From assembly GCA_951406725.2 (NCBI GenBank), contig OX597817.1, positions 155,682,001 through 155,746,000 on the forward strand: a DNA stretch of 64,000 bases. Reading direction: 5' to 3'. Within the stretch, counting starts at the first letter, position 1. Each line of letters starts with the position of its first letter. The stretch is from Octopus vulgaris (Eukaryota). This document shows positions 1 to 11,370 of the stretch, in pieces. The notes below the pieces were generated by a model that ran no database searches, was not told the origin of the DNA, and saw only the letters and a program-made list of their open reading frames with translations. Position numbers and translations under genes: made by a program.

Positions 1-234
1 TAAATGGAAATATAGGCTAAGCAGTTTAAATAGTAAAATGATTCATATAACATACATGTCGATATAAGTATATATGTATTTGTATACATGAGTGCCTATT
101 GTGAAATATGTATGATTGTATACATATACATGTGTGTGTGTGTGTATACATCTATTGAAATCATAATCCCGGTATATAAATATAAAAGGGTCTAATGCTC
201 TTAGCTTAGACTTTTTTGGGGGCAACCAGATCGA

Positions 235-296
235 ACCATCTCAAGTGTAACTGCCAGAAATGGTCGTGACTTCTTGCACTTGACTGATGAAAGAAA
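235..296 (+). ncRNA. Hammerhead ribozyme motif, non-circularly permuted strand order
   Basis: ACCAT(235-239)-C240 cut site-TCAAGTGTAA(241-250); GAAA(257-260)-TGGT; TTGCACTTGA(274-283)-CTGATGA(284-290). Stem III 5 bp, stem I 10 bp; stem II not evident. Confidence 0.6.
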
Positions 297-440
297 GCCA
301 AGAATGACCTGTGTTTTTTGCCTGTCCTTCTAATTGTTGTTTCTCTTGTCCGCCTTTATGTTGTCGATCTGTCCGAATGTATTAATGCCTTCTATTGCGT
401 TTTTGTTCCATTTATATACCTATCTATCTATCTATCCATG

Positions 441-640
<200 letters not shown>

Positions 641-779
641 TGGATAGATAGATATATCACACACACATAATATGGACATATATATGATATATATATAAAT
701 ATATAGGTATAAATGGACATATGCATATAATGTGTGTGTGTGCATCTGTGTGTTTGATGTAAATTATTAATGCAGTAGA

Positions 780-1535
780 GATGCAATGGAATCACTGACT
801 AGCTGACAGAGAAGGACTTTGTTTGCAGCAGATGTGCAGGAATAGTTAGCAGTAAAAGCACCCTTAAAATATATTCTTTCAAAGCTCCAAAGGTTCTCTA
901 GAAATACTTGATAGCTTCTGTTACCTAGGTGACCTAATTAGCAATGGAAGGGGCTTTTTGGAAGCATAATAGTCAGAGCAAGAATTCTGTGTGTGGTGGT
1001 GGCGAATTTAGGGAGCTAGCAACAAAGGGAATTCACTCACAGAGTAAAAGGGTAGATGTGAATATTGCTTGTGTATGAAGCACAATGTTGTAAGGTAGTA
1101 AAACATGGGTATTAAATGCAGGTAATGTGCAAAGGCTGGAATGAAATGCAGCAAGCATGATCTGATAAAGGTGCAATGTTAGTGTGCATGCACAACAGAA
1201 TTCAAATAAACTGCAAGAAAAGTTTGTATGAGAGGAATCAGATGTAATGTGATAGAGAGAAGACTGTACTGTGAGAAGATGAACATGTGATACGTACAGA
1301 GGATGCTAGTTAAATAAAGGTGTATCAATGAACCCGCAGAAGAGAAATAATGTGGAAGACAAGGGAAGAAGTAGTGAAAACTGATCTAAAGAAGCTGAAC
1401 CCAGTGATGATGATGATGATGAAACACTGCAATGAATGGTAAGGTACTGTAACAGAGTAGTTGTATTCAGACCTTAAAAGCAGGGAAAAAAATCTTTATA
1501 TAGTCCATACATGATGACAATGATGATGATGATGA

Positions 1536-1540
<5 letters not shown>
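780..1540 (+). mobile_element. Degenerate RTE-clade LINE 3' portion with (GAT)n tail
   Basis: Colinear similarity to 42720-43300 (FVCSRC, DSFCYLGDLIS motifs), many stops. Confidence 0.7.
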
Positions 1541-1581
<41 letters not shown>

Positions 1582-1711
1582 ATTAGAGATAAAAACCACT
1601 ATTAGGCAAATCAAACAGTGAAAAACATAAGCCAATACATAAAATTAATTTTAAAATATAGAAGTTAAAAATTAAAAAAATATTTAAATAATTTAAACTT
1701 ATAAATTTTAA

Positions 1712-1779
<68 letters not shown>

Positions 1780-1904
1780 ATTTTTATATTTATATATTAT
1801 TATATTAATTAATTTATTTTTATTTTTATTTTTATTTTTTTTTAAATATCAAAAGTATTAAAAGTTTAATAAAAGACAAAGAGTAAAATATATGATATAT
1901 ATAT

Positions 1905-2140
1905 ATGGGAAGAAAAAGTCACGATAGAAAATGCTAAAATGATTTTATAAAAAACATTTCAGTACCGGTTTCAGTCATTCAGACTTTTTCAACTGTAACA
2001 ATTAAACAATTAAATTTAGAAAAATTAAAAGAAAAGTTTTTTTAAAAAATATTTACATACTATTCAAATACAAGGGACATTTTCCTTGTTTCTGCCTGTC
2101 TCTCTCTCTCTTGTTTACTCTTGTGGGTTTGAGGTCGTTG
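1905..2140 (-). mobile_element. ~235-bp HHR-bearing element (family D) in (TA)n
   Basis: Near-identical copy at 11105-11341. Confidence 0.75.
1960..1995 (-). ncRNA. Minimal type I hammerhead, U3-A8 variant
   Basis: CAG-TTGAAAA-AGTC tgaat GACT-GAAAC-CG-GTA-CTG; palindromic stem III ACCGGT. Confidence 0.65.
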
Positions 2141-2164
2141 TGACCTACATATATATATATATGT

Positions 2165-2305
2165 AGGTACAGGAGAGACTGTGTGGTAAGTAGCTTGATT
2201 ACGAACCGCATAGTTCCGGGTTCTGTCCCACTGTGTGGCACCTTGGGCTGACCAAAACCTTGTGAGTGGATTTGGTAGATAGAAACTGAAAGAAGCCTAT
2301 CGTGT
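2165..2305 (+). mobile_element. SINE-A 5' half (3' half at ~3370-3580)
   Basis: Matches head of full copies. Confidence 0.8.
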
Positions 2306-2512
2306 ATATATATATATATATATATATATTTTAAAATTAATATTATGCATTGGTTTATGTTTTTCACTGTTTGATTTGCCTGATAGTGGTTTTATCTCTA
2401 ATTTAATATAATATAATATAATATATTTATACTATAAAATTGGATTTAATCCTAAATCTAATTTTTCCCTGTAAGTTTGGATTTATTCCCTAATATTATT
2501 ATTATTATTATA

Positions 2513-2561
<49 letters not shown>

Positions 2562-2645
2562 ATATATATATCATATAATATATATAATATATATATATAT
2601 AATATAATATATATAATATATAATATAATATATATATATATATAG

Positions 2646-3263
2646 GTCTCACCAAGGAAATGACTAGAGACCGAGACCTATGGAAGTATGCTGTGCGTGA
2701 GAAGACCCGGCAAGACTAGTCAGGCCATAACCCGTGGCCCCTACCTGGGACGTAGTCAGTCCACCTGTGCATACCTTCCTTCTTGTGACACTTGTGAAGA
2801 CCTGTTGAGGCAAGTGAAAATCAAAACAAATCAAAATAGATGAACATCAATGGAATTTGTATCTTTGTGATACCAGTGCCGGTGGCACACAAGAAAACCA
2901 TCCGAACGTGGCCGTAGCCAGTACCGCATCGACTGCCCTCCGTGCTGTGGGCACGTAACAAACACCATCCGATCGTGGCCGTTCGCCAGCCTCATCTGGC
3001 ACCTGTGTCGGCGGCACATAAAAAACACCATCCGAGCGTGGCCGTTCGCCAGCCTCGTCTGGCACCTGTGTCGGTGGCACATAAAATCACCCACTACACT
3101 CTCAGAGTGGTTGGCATTAGGAAGGGCATCCAGCTGTAGAAACACTGCCAGATCTGACTGGCCTGGTGCAGCCTTCGGGCTCCCCAGACCCCAGTTGAAC
3201 CGTCCAACCCATGCTAGCATGGAAAGCGGACGTTAAATGATGATGATGATGATGACGATGATG
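2646..3263 (+). mobile_element. 5'-truncated RTE LINE: ORF end, 3'UTR with tandem units, (GAT)n tail
   Basis: GLTKEMTRDRDLWKYAVREKTRQD* matches ORF end at ~43310-43390. Confidence 0.85.
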
Positions 3264-4538
3264 ATATATATAATATATAATATATAATATATATATATAC
3301 ATTTATATATATATATATATAGAGATGGGGGCGACAAATACAGACACACAAACATATATATATATGTATATGTTTGTGTGTCTGTATTTGTTGCCCCTCC
3401 ATCTCTTGACAACTGATGTTGGTTTGTTTACATCCCTGTAACTGATCAGTTCAGCAAAAGAGACTGATAGAATAAGTACTAGGCTTACAAAGAATAAGTC
3501 CTTGGGTTGATTTGTTTGACTAAAGGTGGTGCTTCATCATGGCTGCAGTCAAATGACTGAAACAAATAAAAAGAAAAGAATATATATATATATATAAATT
3601 AGAAATAGAAATAGAAGCCAAAACAAAAAATTGGACAATTAAATAATTTAATAACTAAATGATAAATTCAATTCAATTTTATTATTTTATACAAACAAAT
3701 GACACATGTAATAAATTATAGTTATTTCTGCACCAATAAAAATCAGGTTTTTCAAGAATAATAAGATATTGTTTTAAGTATAATGAGGTTTCATCAGGCA
3801 GATATATCTTCTTAAATATGAAAAATAGCAATCAAAAATTTTTTTAGAATTGCTAATGCTTTTCAAAAAAACACTTTTTAAGAGCGAACTTAATCATAAA
3901 TAAACGATCTGACTGAATATATATATATAATTCTATTGTTTTCTTATCAGTTTCAGCCAAGGTCTGTGGCTATGCTGGGGCACTGGCATTGAAAGAAATG
4001 CTGCTATCCAGTTTGTCCTTAAAGACTCTGGCAAGTCTTTAAGGATCAAGTGAGTCCCTTGTGAACCTTTAAGGATCCTCTTTAAACAACCTTAAAGACT
4101 CACTTGTGCCAGGGGGCATTCTGAACTCCAGGATAGAGATTTTCGGGCCAATGCTTGCCTTTTAGAAAATTCCGGCTGGCTTTTTGGAATCCACAGGGCA
4201 GAGCTACAGGGAGACAATCATTTACCTTTGTGGTGTTTTGGTGACCACAAGATGGCAGCGCAGCCAAAGATTGATGACCAATGGCAAAGGGAGATAATTA
4301 CCTAGGGTTTTACCTTTAAAACATTTGACACAAGTTGTAAGGGGTGGTCGGGTTTCAAAATTATTACCTACCTGGGCATTTGGATTTTCATGTGAATTCA
4401 TATGATTCACATATCCTGCTTTTATTAAACATAGAACATAAAGGACATTACACTAAAGCTAAGCAAAAGATTAACCGCAATCAACAGTGAATATTGGATA
4501 TGGATTATGTGTGATCATGTTCTGTTGTCAAAAGCAGG

Positions 4539-4573
<35 letters not shown>

Positions 4574-5778
4574 AAGCTTTTCTGAATTCAGCACATTCAG
4601 ACATAAAGGCTTTATCTTTTGAAGTGCAGTATGAGAATTCTGGCCATACTGCTCTTTTTTTATTTTTTTCAGCTGTCACTTTATCACTTTAGAAATGTTT
4701 TCACAAAAGAAAACCTGTAACTAAGAAGTTGTATGTGTCGTTCGACCTGCTAGAAATAGCAGTCAAATCTCATCCAGCCTTTCCTTCAAAACACACTTTA
4801 TCATCTTAAAATAACTTGTAAAGATATTTTAGATTTATCATTTGAAAGTAAGATGAGATGGTCATTGACCGGAATGCTTTGATCATAGACTGACTGAATC
4901 TGAGATTAACTTAGGATTAAACAACACCAATAACAACAATTTCTAAAGTCAGAAGGAAGAATTCCTGTCTAAGGTTTAATCAAGAAATATTTATTTATAT
5001 GAGATAAGTAGAATATATGAAATGTTTAATCATATAAATCATCAACAGGTTCTTACTACCATTGAATATGGGAGGAGAGTAGGATTTAAAGCTGGCATCT
5101 CAATTCAGTAAAATAGTTATCAATTATACAGTCTCCCTGTCATTTATTGCATTAAACTGCACCAGCCACCCTGAGGCACCTATTTATGCCTATGAGGATA
5201 GAATGTGGAATTGTAAAGTGGACATTGACCGCTTAGATGTAATTTCATAGCCTGCTATTGCTGCTATGAAATAGTTTGTATGAAAAATTAGGTAAGCTCG
5301 TCAAATACCTGTCTAATTGTGTTAATGAATACCTCATCTCTATCTTTGTTATTTACAAAATGACAACTTTCCATGTCAACTTAAATATTTTTGAGCAGTG
5401 GCTGAGTGATTAGACTGTTGAAACCTGGTGACTAGAAATATAAAATACCAAGTTCAAATCTGTCTTAGGTTTAACACAATCCTAGTCTAGGGTAGTCCTA
5501 GGGTGGTTTTAGCAAGCATGTCTGTGTGGTTAAGAAGTTCACTTCCCAATCATGTGATTTGGGGTTCAATCTCACTGCATGGTACCTTGGGCAAGAGTAT
5601 TTTTTTACTATATCCTCATATTGACCAATGCCTTGAGAAGGTAATTTGGTGAACAGAAACTGTATAGAAGGTATTATATAGAAATACATAATTGGTAAAA
5701 TGACTCTCTTTCACATTGTTTGTGTGCGCTCGCGTGCATATGTGTGTGCGTGTATTATGTATACATATATGATATAAT

Positions 5779-6065
5779 ATCATCATCATCATCGTTTAGC
5801 GTCTGCTTTCCATGCTGGAATGGGTTGGAAGTTCAACTGGGGTCTGGGAAGCCAGAAGGCTGCACTAGGCTCCAGTCTGATCTGGCAGTGTTTCTACGGC
5901 TGGATGCCCTTCCTAACGCCAACCACTCCATGAGTGTAGTGGGTGCTTTTTACGTGCCACCGGCACAGGTGCCAGACGAGTCTGGCAAACGGCCACGATC
6001 GGATGGTGCTTTTTATGTGCCACCGGCACGGGGGCCAGGCGAGGCTGGCAACGGCCACGAACGGA
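5779..6065 (-). mobile_element. RTE 3' end
   Basis: Matches 44583-45021; (GAT)n tail. Confidence 0.85.
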
Positions 6066-6241
6066 TATAAATGTATATTTAGATATGTATCATCATCATC
6101 ATCATCATCATCATTATCATCATCATCATATCATCATTTAACGTTGTTTTCCATGTACTAGCATTGTGTATATTAATTAATTTTAAAGTATTGAATAATT
6201 TAAGTATTGTTTTTAGTTTTCACTTAATGTATATTTAGTAT

Positions 6242-6292
<51 letters not shown>

Positions 6293-6349
6293 TATATATT
6301 AAAGTATATATATTAATTAATTATTTTATTATTCTAGTTTATTTTTAAC

Positions 6350-6445
6350 CTGATGAGTGGCTATATTTATATCGAAGTGATTTTACTACTACTATTAATT
6401 TTTTTACTATAATCATTTCTTGAATATAGCCATGAAACACGTGTC
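6350..6445 (+). ncRNA. Type I hammerhead motif, stem I degenerate
   Basis: CTGATGA, 11-bp stem II GTGGCTATATT/AATATAGCCAT, GAAAC-ACGT-GTC. Confidence 0.55.
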
Positions 6446-6704
6446 ATTATTCTACCAATTATATACGTTTTTATTATTTTTTTGCAATTTACTTAATCAT
6501 TGGTATTTTATTGTTATTTTAATTTAAATATTTCTATTATATGTAATTTTATAGATGGTGTAATTTAATTGTTCATTTTGAATTGAAAAAAGGTGGTTTT
6601 TTTCAAATTTTTATATATGTATATTATATTGTGTGAAATTTGATTTAGTATTTCTAAATTGAATTTTTTCCTTGTAAATTAGGATTAATATTCCCTCAAA
6701 TAAT

Positions 6705-6764
<60 letters not shown>

Positions 6765-7126
6765 AAATCCTTCAAGGTGGTGCCCCAGCATGGCTGCAGT
6801 CTAATGACTGAAACAAGTTAAAGATAAAAGGTAAAAACAAAGCTAATTGATGGATAACCTTGGAATTGCTTACTAACACACTTCATATATTGAGTAACAG
6901 ATGTCCTCTTCTCTAACTCGTTTAATGTTGCTACAGTATCTTTTGCTCTTCAGAATTGGCTGACCTCATGTTACCTCTGCTCAGGCCTGTCCAACTCACT
7001 CATCTCTCCTTTTCTGAGACTCTGGTGTTGTGTGTTTACCACGTTAAATGCCAAATCCAAACTATTCACCATGTCCAATCATTTTATCCAAATTGTTAAC
7101 CCTCAAGAAATCCAACCGTGCCATTA

Positions 7127-7357
7127 GGCGGCGAGCTGGCAGAATCATTAGCACGCTGGATGAAATGCGTAGCCGTATTTCGTCTGCCGTTACGTTCTGA
7201 GTTCAAATTCCGCTGAGGTCGACTTTGCCTTTCATCCTTTCGAGGTCGATTAAATAAGTACCAGTTACGCACTGGGGTCGATGTAATCGACTTAATCCGT
7301 TTGTCTGTCCTTGTTTGTCCCCTCTGTGTTTAGCCCCTTGTGGGCAATAAAGAAACA
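7127..7357 (+). mobile_element. SINE-B1, full length (tRNA-like head, GCCTTTCATCCTTTC...GGTCGAT core resembling the Meta-SINE domain)
   Basis: A-box-like TGGCAGAATC, B-box GAGTTCAAATTC; copies at 40737, 46744, 62295. Confidence 0.85.
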
Positions 7358-7480
7358 TATTATCTTTTAAAGTTTGGTACTTATTCTATGAGTCTTTGTT
7401 GCTGAACTGCTTATTAACACCAGCACCAGTTGTCAAGTGGTGGTGAGAGGCACACAGATACACACACACACACGGAGATA

Positions 7481-7750
7481 TATCATCATCATCATCATCA
7501 TCACTTAATGTCCATTGTCCATGCTGGCGTGAGCTGGATGGTTTGACCAGGGCTGGCAAGATGGAAGGCTCCACCAAACTCCAGTCTGATTTGGCATGGT
7601 TTCTATGGCTGGATGTCCTTTCTAATGCCAACCACTCAGAGAGTGTAATGGGTGCTTTTACGTGTCACTGGCATGAGTGTCATATGTGTGACACCAGTAT
7701 CTGCCACAACTGTGATTTTACTTGGCTTGATGGGTCTTCTTCTCAAGCAC

Positions 7751-7752
<2 letters not shown>
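7481..7752 (-). mobile_element. RTE 3' end nested in a split SINE-A (7390-7470 and 7945-8090)
   Basis: Similarity to other copies. Confidence 0.75.
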
Positions 7753-7794
<42 letters not shown>

Positions 7795-7874
7795 ATTCCA
7801 GCATGGAAGGTGTTTATAAGCCATTTAAAAAGACACAAAAAAAACGTTAGATTCTCTTCAACATTTAAATTTAA

Positions 7875-7925
7875 TTTGTCAAAATATTTTTGTCACCTTG
7901 AAACCGTGACCTGTTCACTGACAAA
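7875..7925 (-). ncRNA. Minimal type I hammerhead, G3-C8 variant (G12 mutated)
   Basis: TTTGTCA-GTGAACA-g-GTCAC..GTGAC-aAAA-ATAT-TT-TGACAAA; 7-bp stem I, 5-bp stem II. Confidence 0.55.
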
Positions 7926-8879
7926 ATTCCATGCTACAACAGACTTCATTTAGATTCCATCTACCAAATCTACTCACACAAAACTTTGCTCAGCCTGCGA
8001 CTACAGTGCAAGACACTTGCCCAAGGTGCAACGCAGTGGGACTGAACCTGGAACCATGTTATTGGGAAGTAAATTTTTTGCCACACGACATATCTCAAAA
8101 TGCACCCCAGGAAACTAATACAAGTAAAATTTTCATAGCGATAACAACTCATCTCTGAAATACAAAACAGACAATGACAGCATCCTACTCTCCATTTGCA
8201 GCAGACAATAATAGTTCAGTTCCAGCAAAAACTTAGTAAGTCATGGCCATTATTTCAGTGATTAATAGTAATGACTGTATTACTGTACAAAGAGCAGACT
8301 TCAGATTAAACTTCCTGCAGCTGATACAGAGGAAGGACTACTAATAGTTTCTTATTAACAACAGATTTCTTGCATATGCAAATGACAACAACAGCAACGA
8401 AAACAATTTGACCCTCATAAATAGACACTTGACCTGTTCTGCTCTGTATCACTTTTAAGGCAGACACACATTCAAAGCCAGAACTATCTTTCAAAGCTGC
8501 AATCTCTGCTGATGCCTTAGTTATTAATTTATTTATCTATTTATTGTGAAATAAATTGTTTTTACCCTTTCTTTTTCTCCTTCTATCTTATGTTGCAGTC
8601 TGTTTGTTGTTGTTGTTGTTACTATTAAGTCCCCAGGTGGTAGGATGAGATTTTGATGCTATTTTTACAAGGTCAAGTGATTCTGTATTATGCATATATA
8701 TTACACACACACACACACACAGACACACACACAATCAAACCAAACACGTCCTTGGACAAAGACAAAAATATATATCACAAACAAACAGTTATATAACTAT
8801 TAAGGTGTATATATATATATATATATATATATATTAATAAATAAAACATATGCATATATATAAACATATATGTACGTAC

Positions 8880-9040
8880 CTACCTCTACATGTACATATA
8901 CACGCATATATGAGTACAGGACACCAAAAAGACGTCGAACACAATGAGAAACGAAAACATAGACACAAACCCAAGGAACTGGACATTTTTTTAAACAACA
9001 AAAAATAGAGTACAATTAACACAAAGAAAAAACCTCATCA
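8880..9040 (-). mobile_element. Family G element 3' part
   Basis: Shares CGTTTCTCATTGTGTT and/or TGTCCTGTAC blocks with 28020-28200, 36620-36670, 37210-37300. Confidence 0.6.
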
Positions 9041-9335
9041 TCATCATCATCATTATCATCATCATCCTCATCATTGTTTAACGCCTGCTTTCCATGCTAG
9101 CATGGGTTGGACGATTTGACTGAGGTCTGGCGAACCAGATGGCTGCACCAGACTCCAATCTGATCTGGCAGAGTTTCTACAGCTGGATGCCCTTCCTAAT
9201 GCCAACCACTCTGAGAGTGTAGTGGGTGCTTTTACATGTCACCGGCACGAAGGCCAGTCAGGCGGTACTGGCAATGGCCATGCTCAAATGGTGCTTTTTA
9301 TGAACCACCAGCACAGGAGCCAGTCCAGTGGTGGA
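9035..9335 (-). mobile_element. RTE 3' end
   Basis: Similarity, (GAT)n tail. Confidence 0.85.
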
Positions 9336-9339
9336 AATG

Positions 9340-10580
9340 GATGCACAATTCTAAAGAAGAGGTTTCATGATGTCACAAAAGATAACCTTAAGATTTTCAA
9401 CATTTAGTTTTGTATTGAGAGAGTCACAACTTTTGTACTACATACATGTGATTAGAATGTCACAGAAACGAATTGCATGACAGATTCTTCAAGCTGAGCC
9501 AACTGGGGTATGATTTAAGGGTGGACCAAGAATGGGATGGTGGGATAGTATCCACAGTCTCAGTTGGTCGTGCTTGGGAATCCAGCAGGAAAGTCTAATG
9601 ATAGTTGATTCTTAAAAGATCCTATGGATGGATGTATGGATGCATGCATGTGCGTATGTATGGATGAATGTATGTATGGATGTATGGATGGGTAGATTGA
9701 TAGATAGATGGATGGATGTTACTGGGAATATCTCACTGAGTAGGAGTGAAAGACTGTTTGTAGGTAGGAAGAACAACCTGCAGTTAGAGAAAAATTGAAT
9801 CGCTCGTCAGGCGCAGGAGTGGCTGTGTGGTAAGTAGCTTGCTAACCAACCACATGGTTCCGGGTTGCGTGGCATCTTGGGCAAGTGTCTTCTACTATAG
9901 CCTCAGGCTGACCAATGCCTTGTGAGTGGATTTGGTAGATGGAAACTGAAAGAAGCCTGTCGTATATATGTATATATATATATGCGTGTGTATGTTTGTG
10001 TGTCTGTGTTTGTCCCCCTAGCATTGCTTGACAACCGATGCTGGTGTGTTTACGTCCCCGTCACTTAGTGGCTCGGCAAAAAGAGACCGATAGAATAAGT
10101 ACTGGGCTTACAAAGAATAAGTCCCGGGGTCGATTTGCTCGACTAAAGGCGGTGCTCCAGCATGGCCGCAGTCAAATGACTGAAACAAGTAAAATAAAAA
10201 AAATTTTTTAAATAGCATAATGCCTGAAAACTGCAAGCTGTTTTATGAGGCAGTGTGTCCAGAGATGATCTTGCCTCAACTGTTTGCAGTTGCTTTACGC
10301 ATTCAAAATGCCTGCTTTGTTGCCCATGAAAAGTCGCATCAAGAGGTTCCCACATGTTTATATGCTTACATTTCCATTTGCTCCATACAAGCACTTTGTC
10401 CTTGGTATTCAAACATGTGCTTATCTACTGCCAAGCTGAAAAATCTGTTTTGGATGAATGTAGTTGATGAAGCCTTTGATCAACTCCCATGCCGCCTTTG
10501 CTGGTTCTAGGCAGTAATTTAAGGGCCCATGGCAGAAGAAATGATATATCTGCAACAAGAAAATAGTTATACTCAAAATC
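9340..10580 (-). pseudogene. Highly degenerate piggyBac-family transposase, interrupted by SINE-A
   Basis: [32 protein letters not shown] resembles the LxVDE..FxGR..CD region; Cys-rich remnants near 9370-9450. Confidence 0.45.
9810..10200 (+). mobile_element. SINE-A full length (tRNA-derived, CORE-like CTTGGGCAAGT, internal (TA)n(TG)n)
   Basis: A-box TGGCTGTGTGG, B-box region partly deleted here; more than 20 copies in window. Confidence 0.9.
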
Positions 10581-10597
10581 AAGTTCACACACACACA

Positions 10598-10643
<46 letters not shown>

Positions 10644-10706
10644 CGACCGACTGTGTTTGTGTACTGTGTCGTCTTTGCGAACCGTATGACGGACGTAAAC
10701 ACACCA

Positions 10707-10811
<105 letters not shown>

Positions 10812-10864
10812 TATATATATATATATATGAGCATGTGTGTGTATATATATTTATATATATATAT

Positions 10865-11078
10865 AAATCGCCATGTTGATTTGCTAGCTTCTGCACGCAT
10901 TTTTTTCTCTCCTTGTTTCTCTCCGTGTTTCTTTTCTGTGTATCTTTCTGTTGAAGAGCGTAGGCTCGAAACGTAAAAGACTTGTTTTATTTATATTCCT
11001 GAGCGCCATACTAATACAATTGTTTGTTTGTATTCCACCTGCCTTCGTCTTTTGTTTATTTTCATAAAGCTTCCTGTT
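10865..11078 (+). mobile_element. Family E HHR-bearing element in (TA)n
   Basis: Copies at 25405-25590, 30820-30991, 62870-63045. Confidence 0.8.
10943..10980 (+). ncRNA. Minimal hammerhead-like motif, A6U variant
   Basis: TCTTT-CTGTTGA-a-GAGC gtag GCTC-GAAAC-GTA-AAAGA. Confidence 0.55.
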
Positions 11079-11157
11079 ATATATATATATATATATATAT
11101 ATATGGAAAAAAAAAGTCAAGGTAGAAAATGCTAAAATAATTTTATAAAAAACATTT

Positions 11158-11193
11158 CAGTACCGGTTTCAGTCATTGAGACTTTTTCAACTG
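11158..11193 (-). ncRNA. Minimal type I hammerhead, U3-A8 variant (family D copy 2)
   Basis: Identical to 1960-1995 except one loop II base. Confidence 0.65.
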
Positions 11194-11339
11194 TAAGTAT
11201 GGAAAACAATTAAATTTTGGAAAAATTTAAAGAAAAGTTTTTTTAAAGAATATTTGCATAATGTTCAAATACAAGGGGCATTTTCCTTGTTTCTGCCTGT
11301 TTCTGTCTCTCTTGTTTACTCTTGTGGTTTTGAGGTCGT

Positions 11340-11370
<31 letters not shown>

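Larger units (their letters stand above)
1576..2500. mobile_element. AT-rich Penelope-like terminal fragments; ~85-bp inverted pair 1576-1660/2326-2408
   Basis: Inverted match; same family at ~6300-6710 (with HHR) and 37538-37652. Confidence 0.5.

Noticed and set aside
4372-4415. Possible minus-strand exon GYVNHMNSHENPNAQ
   Set aside because: AG/GT present, but it is short, has a weak acceptor and cannot be linked to other exons.
9810-9880. tRNA genes
   Set aside because: A and B boxes are SINE heads, with no full cloverleaf.
8133-10435. Spliced ending ..MEQMEIDELLSL* (10435-10370 joined to 8154)
   Set aside because: The upstream piece is better explained as piggyBac remnant; not excluded without RNA data.
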